From contig OZ024741.1 in the NCBI GenBank assembly GCA_964016885.1, forward strand, positions 247,380,001 to 247,444,000: 64,000 nt of DNA, written 5' to 3'. Shown one piece after another: positions 1 to 10,800 of the stretch (position 1 is its first letter; every line of letters starts with the position of its first letter). The notes beneath the pieces were generated by a model. The model was not told the origin of the DNA. It made no database searches and saw nothing but the letters and a program-made list of their open reading frames with translations. Made by a program: the position numbers and the translations under genes. This DNA comes from Eledone cirrhosa. Lineage: Eukaryota.

Positions 1-50
1 TTATCTTCCCTTGGACGGCTGGAAATTATCTCCCCTTGATTTTTTTTTAC

Positions 51-78
51 AAATTATCTCCCCCTGATTTTTTTTTAC
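51..78 (+). repeat. Example type B monomer (T9 form, 28 bp): AAATTATCTCCCCCTGATTTTTTTTTAC
   Basis: Read directly. The T tract varies from T7 to T10 across the array, and T8 (27 bp) is common. Confidence 0.98.
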
Positions 79-134
79 AAATTATCTCCCCCTGATTTTT
101 TTTTACAACTTATCTGCGCCAGATTTTTTTAAAA

Positions 135-159
135 AAATTATCTCCCCTTGGACGGCTGG
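135..159 (+). repeat. Example consensus type A monomer, 25 bp: AAATTATCTCCCCTTGGACGGCTGG
   Basis: Read directly and repeated exactly at 160-184. It has 13/25 G+C, one CpG and one StyI site (CCTTGG), and no stop codon in any + frame. Confidence 0.98.
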
Positions 160-423
160 AAATTATCTCCCCTTGGACGGCTGGAAATTATCTCTCCTTG
201 GACGGCTAGAATTTACCTCTCCTTGGACGGCTGAAAATTATCTCCCCTTGGACGGCTGGAAATTATCTCCCCTTGATTTTTTTTACAAATTATCTCCCCC
301 TGATTTTTTTTTACGAATTATCTCCCCCTAATTTTTTTTTACAAATTATCTCCCCCTGATTTTTTTTTACAAATTATCTCCCCCTGATTTTTTTTACAAA
401 TTATCTCCCTCTGATTTTTTTAC

Positions 424-660
424 AAATTATCTCCCCTTGGCTGGCTGGAAATTATCTCCCCTAGGAGGCTGGAACGTATCTCCCCTTGGACGGCTAGAAA
501 TTACCTCTCTTTGGACGGCTGGAAAATATGTCTCCTTGGACGGCTGGATATTATCTCTCCTTGGACGGCTGGAAATTATCTCCCCTTGGACGGCTGGAAA
601 TTATCTCCCCTTGGATGGCTAGATATTACCTCCCCTTGGACGGCTGGAAATTATCTCCCC
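424..660 (+). repeat. Cassette P: ordered run of nine variant A monomers (GGCTGGCTGG; GGAGGCTGGAAC; CTAGAAATTACC; GGAAAATATGTCTCC; GGATATT; A; A; GGATGGCTAGATATTACC; A)
   Basis: The same order recurs near 4279 (truncated), 5357, 6768, 30050, 30675, 33715, 36001, 36626, 39413, 40860, 41457, 44509, 47718, 48316, 50388, 51541, 53735, 55129, 56350, 57676, 60242 and 61541. The pseudo-ORF MAGWKLSPLGGW tracks it. Confidence 0.9.
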
Positions 661-1129
661 TTGATTTTTTTTTACAAATTATCTCCCCCTGATTTTTTTT
701 TACAAATTATCTCCCCCGATTTTTTTTTACAAATTATCTCTCCCTGATTTTTTTTTACAAATTATCTCCCCCTGATTTTTGTTTACAAATTATCTCCCCT
801 TGGACGGCTGGAAATTATCTCCCCTTGGACGGCTAGAAATTACCTCTCCTTGGACGGCTGAAAATTATCCTCCCTTGGACGGCTGGAAATTATCTCCCCT
901 TGATTTTTTTACAAATTATCTCCCCCTGATTTTTTTTTTACAAATTATCTCACCCTGATTTTTTTTACAAATTATCTACCCCTGATTTTTTTTTACAAAT
1001 TATCTCCCCCTGATTTTTTTTACAAATTATCTCCCACTGATTTTTTTTTTACAAATTATCTCCCCCTGATTTTTTTACAAATTATCTCCCCCTGATTTTT
1101 TTTACAAATTATATCCGCCTGATTTTTTT

Positions 1130-1250
1130 AAATATTATCTCTCCTTGGCTGGCGGGAAATTATCTCCCCTTGGACGGCTGGAAATTATCTCCCCTTGGAA
1201 GGATGGAAATTATCTCCCCTTGGACGGCTGGAAATTATCTACCCCTGATT
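1130..1250 (+). repeat. Cassette R: AAATATTATCTCTCCTTGGCTGGCGGG; A; GGAAGGATGG; A; then a TCTACCCCTGA B unit
   Basis: Tracked by the pseudo-ORF MAGGKLSPLGRLEIISPWKDG at 1145, 3962, 4911, 7476, 10293, 16520, 20937, 31384, 34421, 37652, 42483, 51095, 58384 and 62249. Confidence 0.88.
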
Positions 1251-1551
1251 TTTTTTACAAATTATCTCCCCCTGATTTTTTTTACAAATTATCTCCCCCT
1301 GATTTTTTTTTTACAAATTATCTCCCCCTGATTTTTTTACAAATTATCTCCCCCTGATTTTTTTTACAAATTATCTCCGCCTGATTTTTTAAAATATTAT
1401 CTTATCTTGGCTGGCGGGAAATTATCTCCCCTTGGACGGCTGAAAATTATCTCCCCTTGGACGGCTGGAAATTATCTCCCCTTGATTTTTTTTACAAATT
1501 ATCTCCCCCTGATTTTTTTTTACAAATTATCTCCCCCTGATTTTAAAAAAA

Positions 1552-1650
1552 AAATTATCTCCCCTTCGCTGGCTGGAAATTATCTCCCCTTGGACGCTGG
1601 AAATTATAGCCCCTTGGAGGGCTGGAAATTATCTTCCCTTGGACGGCTGG
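1552..1650 (+). repeat. Cassette Q: four variant A monomers (CTTCGCTGGCTGG; GGACGCTGG or GGACACTGG; TATAGCCCCTTGGAGGGC; TCTTCCC or TCTTCTC)
   Basis: The same order recurs near 2460, 3190, 6257, 7883, 8790, 12497, 13305, 13685, 25872, 38060, 49877, 58790, 63465 and elsewhere. It follows a Tn-An junction in the copies examined. Confidence 0.88.
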
Positions 1651-4600
1651 AAATTATCTCCCCTTGATTTTTTTTTACAAATTATCTCCCCCTGATTTTT
1701 TTTTACAAATTATCTCCCCCTGATTTTTTTTTACAAATTATCTCCCCCTGATTTTTTTTTTACAAATTATCTCCGCCTGATTTTTTTTTTAAAATTATCT
1801 ACCCTTGGACGGCTGGAAATTATCTCCCCTTGGACGGCTGGAAATTATCTCCCCTTGGACGGCTAGAAATTATCTCTCCTAGGACGGCTGAAAATTATCT
1901 CCCCTTGGACGGCTGCAAATTATCTCCCCTTGATTTTTTTTACAAATTATCTCCCCCTGATTTTTTTTACAAATTATCTCCCCCTGATTTTTTTTACAAA
2001 TTATCTACCCCTGATTTTTTTTACAAATTATCTCCCCCTGATTTTTTTTTACAAATTATCTCCCTCTGATTTTTTTTTACAAATTATCTCCCCCTGATTT
2101 TTTTTTACAAATTATCTCCCCCTGATTTTTTTACAAATTATCTCCCCCTGATTTTTTTTACAATCTCCGCCTGATTTTTTTAAAAATTATCTTCCCTTGG
2201 CTGGCGGGAAATTATCTCCCCTTGGACGGCTGGAAATTATCTCCCCTTGGAAGGATGGAAATTATCTGCCCTTGGACGGCTGGAAATTATCTCCCCTTGC
2301 ACGGCTGGAAATTATCTCCCCTTGGCTGGAAATTATCTCCCCTTGGACGGCTAGAAATTATCTCTCTTTGGACGGCTGGAAATTATCTCCCTTTGATTTT
2401 TTTTACAAATTATCTCCCTCTGATTTTTTTTACAAATCTCCCCCTGATTTTTTAAAAAAAATTATCTCCCCTTCGCTGGCTGGAAATTATCTCCCCTTGG
2501 ACACTGGAAATTATAGCCCCTTGGAGGGCTGGAAATTATCTTCTCTTGGACGGCTGGAAATTATCTCCCCTTGATTTTTTTTACAAATTATCTCCGCCTG
2601 ATTTTTTTTTTAAATTATCTCTCCTTGGACGGCTGGAAATTATCTCCCCTTGATTTTTTTTACAAATTATCTCCCCCTGATTTTTTTTACAAATTATCTC
2701 CCACTGATTTTTTTTTACAAATTATCTACCCCTGATTTTTTTTTACAAATTATCTCCCCCTGATTTTTTTTACAAATTATCTCACCCTGATTTTTCTTTT
2801 ACAAATTATCTCCCCCTGATTTTTTTACAAATTATCTCCCCCTGATTTTTTTTACAAATTATCTCCGCCTGATTTTTTTAAATATTATCTTTCCTTGGCT
2901 GGCGGGAAATTATCTCCCCTTGGACGGCTGGAAATTATCTGCCCTTGATTTTCTTTTTACAAAATATCTTCCACGGATTTTTTTTACAAATTATCTCCAC
3001 CTGATTTTTTAAAAAATTATCTCCCCTTGGAAGGCTGGAAATTATCTCCCCTTGGCTGGAAATTATCTCCCCTTGGAAGGCTAGAAATTATCTCTCTTTG
3101 GACGGCTGGAAATTATCACCCCTTGAGTTTTTTTACAAATTATCTCCCCCTGATTTTTTTTACAAATCTCCCAGTGATATTTTAAAAAAAATTATCTCCC
3201 CTTCGCTGGCTGGAAATTATCTCCCCTTGGACGCTGGAAATTATAGCCCCTTGGAGGGCTGGAAATTATCTTCCCTTGGACGGCTGGAAATTATCTCCCC
3301 TTGATTTTTTTTACAAATTATCTCCCCCTGATTTTTTTTACAAATTATCTCCCCCTGATTTTTTTGACAACTTATCTGCGCCTGATTTTTTTTTAAAAAT
3401 TATCTCCCCTTGGACGGCTGGAAATTATCTCCCCTTGGACGGCTGGAAATTATCTCTCCTTGGACGGCTAGAATTTACCTCTCCTTGGACGGCTGAAAAT
3501 TATCTCCCCTTGGACGGCTGGAAATTACCTCCCCTTGATTTTTTTACAAATTATCTCCCACTGATTTTTTTTTACAAATTATCTCCCCCTGATTTTTGTT
3601 TACAAATTATCTCCCCTTGGACGGCTGGAAATTATCTCCCCTTGGACGGCTAGAAATTACCTCTCCTTGGACGGCTGAAAATTATCTCCCCTTGGACGGC
3701 TGGAAATTATCTCCCCTTGATTTTTTTACAAATTATCTCCCCCTGATTTTTTTTTTACAAATTATCTCACCCTGATTTTTTTTACAAATTATCTACCCCT
3801 GATTTTTTTTTACAAATTATCTCCCCCTGATTTTTTTTACAAATTATCTCCCCCTGATTTTTTTTTTACAAATTATCTCCCCCTGATTTTTTTACAAATC
3901 ATCTCCCCCTGATTTTTTTTACAAATTATCTCCGCCTGATTTTTTTAAATATTATCTCTCCTTGGCTGGCGGGAAATTATCTCCCCTTGGACGGCTGGAA
4001 ATTATCTCCCCTTGGAAGGATGGAAATTATCTCCCCTTGGACGGCTGGAAATTATCTACCCCTGATTTTTTTTACAAATTATCTCCCCCTGATTTATTTT
4101 ACAAATTATCTCCCCCTGATTTTTTTTTTAAAAATTATCTCCCCCTGATTTTTTTACAAATTATCTCCCCCTGATTTTTTTTACAAATTATCTCCCCCTG
4201 ATTTTTTTTTACAAATTATCTCCCCCTGATTTTTTTTAAAAATTATCTCCCTCTGATTTTTTTACAAATTATCTCCCCTTGGCTGGCTGGAAATTATCTC
4301 CCCTAGGAGGCTGGAACTTATCTCCCCTTGGACGGCTAGAAATTACCTCTCTTTGGACGGCTGGAAAATATGTCTCCTTGGACGGCTGGATATTATCTCC
4401 CCTTGGACGGCTGGAAATTATCTCCCCTTGGACGGCTGGAAATTATCTCCCCTTGATTTTTTTTACAAATTATCTCCCCCTGATTTTTTTTTACAAATTA
4501 TCTCCCCCGATTTTTTTTTACAAATTATCTCCCCCTGATTTTTTTTTACAAATTATCTCCCCCTGATTTTTGTTTACAAATTATCTCCCCTTGGACGGCT

Positions 4601-7600
4601 GGAAATTATCTCCCCTTGGACGGCTAGAAATTACCTCTCCTTGGACGGCTGGAAATTATCTCCCCTTGATTTTTTTACAAATTATCTCCCCCTGATTTTT
4701 TTTTTACAAATTATCTCACCCTGATTTTTTTTACAAATTATCTACCCCTGATTTTTTTTTACAAATTATCTCCCCCTGATTTTTTTTACAAATTATCTCC
4801 CACTGATTTTTTTTTTACAAATTATCTCCCCCTGATTTTTTTACAAATTATCTCCCCCTGATTTTTTTTACAAATTATATCCGCCTGATTTTTTTAAATA
4901 TTATCTCTCCTTGGCTGGCGGGAAATTATCTCCCCTTGGACGGCTGGAAATTATCTCCCCTTGGAAGGATGGAAATTATCTCCCCTTGGACGGCTGGAAA
5001 TTATCTACCCCTGATTTTTTTTACAAATTATCTCCCCCTGATTTTTTTTACAAATTATCTCCCCCTGATTTTTTTTTTACAAATTATCTCCCCCTGATTT
5101 TTTTACAAATTATCTCCGCCTGATTTTTTAAAATATTATCTTACCTTGGCTGGCGGGAAATTATCTCCCCTTGGACGGCTGAAAATTATCTCCCCTTGGA
5201 CGGCTGGAAATTATCTCCCCTTGATTTTTTTTACAAATTATCTCCCCTTGATTTTTTTTACAAATTATCTCCCCCTGATTTTTTTTTACAAATTATCTCC
5301 CCCTGATTTTTTTTACAAATTATCTCCCCCCTGATTTTTTTACAAATTATCTCCCCTTGGCTGGCTGGAAATTATCTCCCCTTGGAGGCTGGAACTTATC
5401 TCCCCTTGGACGGCTAGAAATTACCTCTCCTTGGACGGCTGGAAAATATGTCTCCTTGGACGGCTGGATATTATCTCCCCTTGGACGGCTGGAAATTATC
5501 TCCCCTTGGACGGCTGGAAATTATCTCCCCTTGGATGGCTAGATATTACCTCCCCTTGGACGGCTGGAAATTATCTCCCTTTGATTTTTTTTACAAATTA
5601 TCTCCCCCTGATTTTTTTTTACAAATTATCTCCCCCTGATTTTTTTTTACAAATTATCTCCCCCTGATTTTTGTTTACAAATTATCTCCGCCTGATTCTT
5701 TTTTAAAAATTATCTCCCCTTGGACGGCTGGAAATTATCTCCCCTTGGACGGCTAGAAATTACCTCTCCTTGGACGGCTGAAAATTATCTCCCCTTGGAC
5801 GGCTGGAAATTATCTCCCCTTGATTTTTTTACAAATTATCTCCCCCTGATTTTTTTTTTACAAATTATCTCCCCCTGATTTTTTTTTACAAATTATCTAC
5901 CCCTGATTTTTTTTTACAAATTATCTCCCCCTGATTTTTTTTACAAATTATCTCCCCCTGATTTTTTTTTACAAATTATCTCCCCCTGATTTTTTTACAA
6001 ATTATCTCCCCCTGATTTTTTTTACAAATTATCTCCGCCTGATTTTTTTAAATATTATCTCTCCTTGGCTGGCGGGAAATTATCTCCCCTTGGACGGCTG
6101 GAAATTATCTCCCCTTGGAAGGATGGAAATTATCTCCCCTTGGACGGCTAGAAATTATCTCTCTTTGGACGGCTGGAAATTATCACCCCTTGAGTTTTTT
6201 ACAAATTATCTCCCCCTGATTTTTTTTACAAATCTCCCAGTGATTTTTAAAAAAAAATTATCTCCCCTTCGCTGGCTGGAAATTATCTCCCCTTGGACGC
6301 TGGAAATTATAGCCCCTTGGAGGGCTTGAAATTATCTTCCCTTGGACGGCTGGAAATTATCTCCCCTTGATTTTTTTTTAAAAATTATCTCCCCCTGATT
6401 TTTTTTTACAAATTATCTCCCCCTGATTTTTTTTTACAACTTATCTGCGCCAGATTTTTTTAAAAAAATTATCTCCCCTTGGACGGCTGGAAATTATCTC
6501 CCCTTGGACGGCTGGAAATTATCTCTCCTTGGACGGCTAGAATTTACCTCTCCTTGGACGGCTGTAAATTATCTCCCCTTGGACGGCTGGAAATTATCTC
6601 CCCTTGATTTTTTTTACAAATTATCTCCCCCTGATTTTTTTTTACGAATTATCTCCCCCTAATTTTTTTTTACAAATTATCTCCCCCTGATTTTTTTTTA
6701 CAAATTATCTCCCCCTGATTTTTTTTACAAATTATCTCCCTCTGATTTTTTTACAAATTATCTCCCCTTGGCTGGCTGGAAATTATCTCCCCTAGGAGGC
6801 TGGAACGTATCTCCCCTTGGACGGCTAGAAATTACCTCTCTTTGGACGGCTGGAAAATATGTCTCCTTGGACGGCTGGATATTATCTCTCCTTGGACGGC
6901 TGGAAATTATCTCCCCTTGGACGGCTGGAAATTATCTCCCCTTGGATGGCTAGATATTACCTCCCCTTGGACGGCTGGAAATTATCTCCCCTTGATTTTT
7001 TTTTACAAATTATCTCCCCCTGATTTTTTTTTACAAATTATCTCCCCCGATTTTTTTTTACAAATTATCTCTCCCTGATTTTTTTTTACAAATTATCTCC
7101 CCCTGATTTTTGTTTACAAATTATCTCCCCTTGGACGGCTGGAAATTATCTCCCCTTGGACGGCTAGAAATTACCTCTCCTTGGACGGCTGAAAATTATC
7201 CTCCCTTGGACGGCTGGAAATTATCTCCCCTTGATTTTTTTACAAATTATCTCCCCCTGATTTTTTTTTTACAAATTATCTCACCCTGATTTTTTTTACA
7301 AATTATCTACCCCTGATTTTTTTTTACAAATTATCTCCCCCTGATTTTTTTTACAAATTATCTCCCACTGATTTTTTTTTTACAAATTATCTCCCCCTGA
7401 TTTTTTTACAAATTATCTCCCCCTGATTTTTTTTACAAATTATATCCGCCTGATTTTTTTAAATATTATCTCTCCTTGGCTGGCGGGAAATTATCTCCCC
7501 TTGGACGGCTGGAAATTATCTCCCCTTGGAAGGATGGAAATTATCTCCCCTTGGACGGCTGGAAATTATCTACCCCTGATTTTTTTTACAAATTATCTCC

Positions 7601-7829
7601 CCCTGATTTTTTTTACAAATTATCTCCCCCTGATTTTTTTTTTACAAATTATCTCCCCCTGATTTTTTTACAAATTATCTCCCCCTGATTTTTTTTACAA
7701 ATTATCTCCGCCTGATTTTTTAAAATATTATCTTACCTTGGCTGGCGGGAAATTATCTCCCCTTGGACGGCTGAAAATTATCTCCCCTTGGACGGCTGGA
7801 AATTATCTCCCCTTGATTTTTTTTACAAA

Positions 7830-10800
7830 TTATCTCCCCCTGATTTTTTTTTACAAATTATCTCCCCCTGATTTAAAAAAAAAAATTATCTCCCCTTCGC
7901 TGGCTGGAAATTATCTCCCCTTGGACGCTGGAAATTATAGCCCCTTGGAGGGCTGGAAATTATCTTCCCTTGGACGGCTGGAAATTATCTCCCCTTGATT
8001 TTTTTTTACAAATTATCTCCCCCTGATTTTTTTTTACAAATTATCTCCCCCTGATTTTTTTTTACAAATTATCTCCCCCTGATTTTTTTTTTAAAAATTA
8101 TCTCCGCCTGATTTTTTTTTTAAAATTATCTCCCCTTGGACGGCTGGAAATTATCTCCCCTTGGACGGCTGGAAATTATCTCCCCTTGGACGGCTAGAAA
8201 TTATCTCTCCTAGGACGGCTGAAAATTATCTCCCCTTGGACGGCTGCAAATTATCTCCCCTTGATTTTTTTTACAAATTATCTCCCCCTGATTTTTTTTA
8301 CAAATTATCTCCCCCTGATTTTTTTTACAAATTATCTACCCCTGATTTTTTTTACAAATTATCTCCCCCTGATTTTTTTTTACAAATTATCTCCCTCTGA
8401 TTTTTTTTTACAAATTATCTCCCCCTGATTTTTTTTTACAAATTATCTCCCCCTGATTTTTTTACAAATTATCTCCCCCTGATTTTTTTTACAATCTCCG
8501 CCTGATTTTTTAAAAAATTATCTTCCCTTGGCTGGCGGGAAATTATCTCCCCTTGGACGGCTGGAAATTATCTCCCCTTGGAAGGATGGAAATTATCTCC
8601 CCTTGGACGGCTGGAAATTATCTCCCCTTGCACGGCTGGAAATTATCTCCCCTTGGCTGGAAATTATCTCCCCTTGGACGGCTAGAAATTATCTCTCTTT
8701 GGACGGCTGGAAATTATCTCCCTTTGATTTTTTTTACAAATTATCTCCCTCTGATTTTTTTTACAAATCTCCCCCTGATTTTTTAAAAAAAATTATCTCC
8801 CCTTCGCTGGCTGGAAATTATCTCCCCTTGGACACTGGAAATTATAGCCCCTTGGAGGGCTGGAAATTATCTTCTCTTGGACGGCTGGAAATTATCTCCC
8901 CTTGATTTTTTTTACAAATTATCTCCGCCTGATTTTTTTTTTAAATTATCTCTCCTTGGACGGCTGGAAATTATCTCCCCTTGATTTTTTTTACAAATTA
9001 TCTCCCCCTGATTTTTTTTACAAATTATCTCCCACTGATTTTTTTTTACAAATTATCTACCCCTGATTTTTTTTTACAAATTATCTCCCCCTGATTTTTT
9101 TTACAAATTATCTCACCCTGATTTTTCTTTTACAAATTATCTCCCCCTGATTTTTTTACAAATTATCTCCCCCTGATTTTTTTTACAAATTATCTCCGCC
9201 TGATTTTTTTAAATATTATCTTTCCTTGGCTGGCGGGAAATTATCTCCCCTTGGACGGCTGGAAATTATCTGCCCTTGATTTTCTTTTTACAAAATATCT
9301 TCCACTGATTTTTTTTACAAATTATCTCCACCTGATTTTTTAAAAAATTATCTCCCCTTGGAAGGCTGGAAATTATCTCCCCTTGGCTGGAAATTATCTC
9401 CCCTTGGAAGGCTAGAAATTATCTCTCTTTGGACGGCTGGAAATTATCACCCCTTGAGTTTTTTTACAAATTATCTCCCCCTGATTTTTTTTACAAATCT
9501 CCCAGTGATATTTAAAAAAAAATTATCTCCCCTTCGCTGGCTGGAAATTATCTCCCCTTGGACGCTGGAAATTATAGCCCCTTGGAGGGCTGGAAATTAT
9601 CTTCCCTTGGACGGCTGGAAATTATCTCCCCTTGATTTTTTTTACAAATTATCTCCCCCTGATTTTTTTTACAAATTATCTCCCCCTGATTTTTTTGACA
9701 ACTTATCTGCGCCTGATTTTTTTTAAAAAATTATCTCCCCTTGGACGGCTGGAAATTATCTCCCCTTGGACGGCTGGAAATTATCTCTCCTTGGACGGCT
9801 AGAATTTACCTCTCCTTGGACGGCTGAAAATTATCTCCCCTTGGACGGCTGGAAATTACCTCCCCTTGATTTTTTTACAAATTATCTCCCCCTGATTTTT
9901 TTTTACAAATTATCTCCCCCTGATTTTTGTTTACAAATTATCTCCCCTTGGACGGCTGGAAATTATCTCCCCTTGGACGGCTAGAAATTACCTCTCCTTG
10001 GACGGCTGAAAATTATCTCCCCTTGGACGGCTGGAAATTATCTCCCCTTGATTTTTTTACAAATTATCTCCCCCTGATTTTTTTTTTACAAATTATCTCA
10101 CCCTGATTTTTTTTACAAATTATCTACCCCTGATTTTTTTTTACAAATTATCTCCCCCTGATTTTTTTTACAAATTATCTCCCCCTGATTTTTTTTTTAC
10201 AAATTATCTCCCCCTGATTTTTTTACAAATTATCTCCCCCTGATTTTTTTTACAAATTATCTCCGCCTGATTTTTTTAAATATTATCTCTCCTTGGCTGG
10301 CGGGAAATTATCTCCCCTTGGACGGCTGGAAATTATCTCCCCTTGGAAGGATGGAAATTATCTCCCCTTGGACGGCTGGAAATTATCTACCCCTGATTTT
10401 TTTAAATATTATCTTACCTTGGCTGGCGGGAAATTATCTCCCCTTGGACGGCTGAAAATTATCTCCCCTTGGACGGCTGGAAATTATCTCCCCCTGATTT
10501 TTTTTACAAATTATCTCCCCCTGATTTTTTTTTTACAAATTATCTCCGCCTGATTTTTTTTAAAAAATTATCTCCCCTTGGACGGCTGGAAATTATCTCC
10601 CCTTGGACGGCTGGAAATTATCTCCCCTTGGACGGCTAGAAATTATCTCTCCTTGGACGGCTGAAAATTATCTCCCCTTGGACGGCTGCAAATTATCTCC
10701 CCTTGATTTTTTTTACAAATTATCTCCCCCTGATTTTTTTTACAAATTATCTCCCCCTGATTTTTTTTACAAATTATCTCCCCCTGATTTTTTTTACAAA

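Larger units (their letters stand above)
1..10403 (+). repeat. Direct duplication with 6331-bp offset (about 1-4072 vs 6332-10403)
   Basis: ORF starts 437/6768, 511/6842, 1145/7476, 1407/7738, 1830/8161, 2197/8528 and 3962/10293 all differ by 6331. Both copies share the rare variants GGAACGTATC (471/6802) and CCCCCTAATT (~325/6656). Confidence 0.93.

Noticed and set aside
51-106. Intrinsic terminators or Pol III terminators at the T tracts
   Set aside because: No GC-rich stem precedes the T runs and there is no upstream gene or A/B-box promoter. The T tracts are simply part of monomer B.
158-172. NF-kB/Rel-like site GGAAATTATCTCCCC
   Set aside because: The half-sites (GGGGA and TTTCC on the minus strand) are separated by 5 bp, which does not fit the 10-11-bp GGGRNWYYCC consensus.
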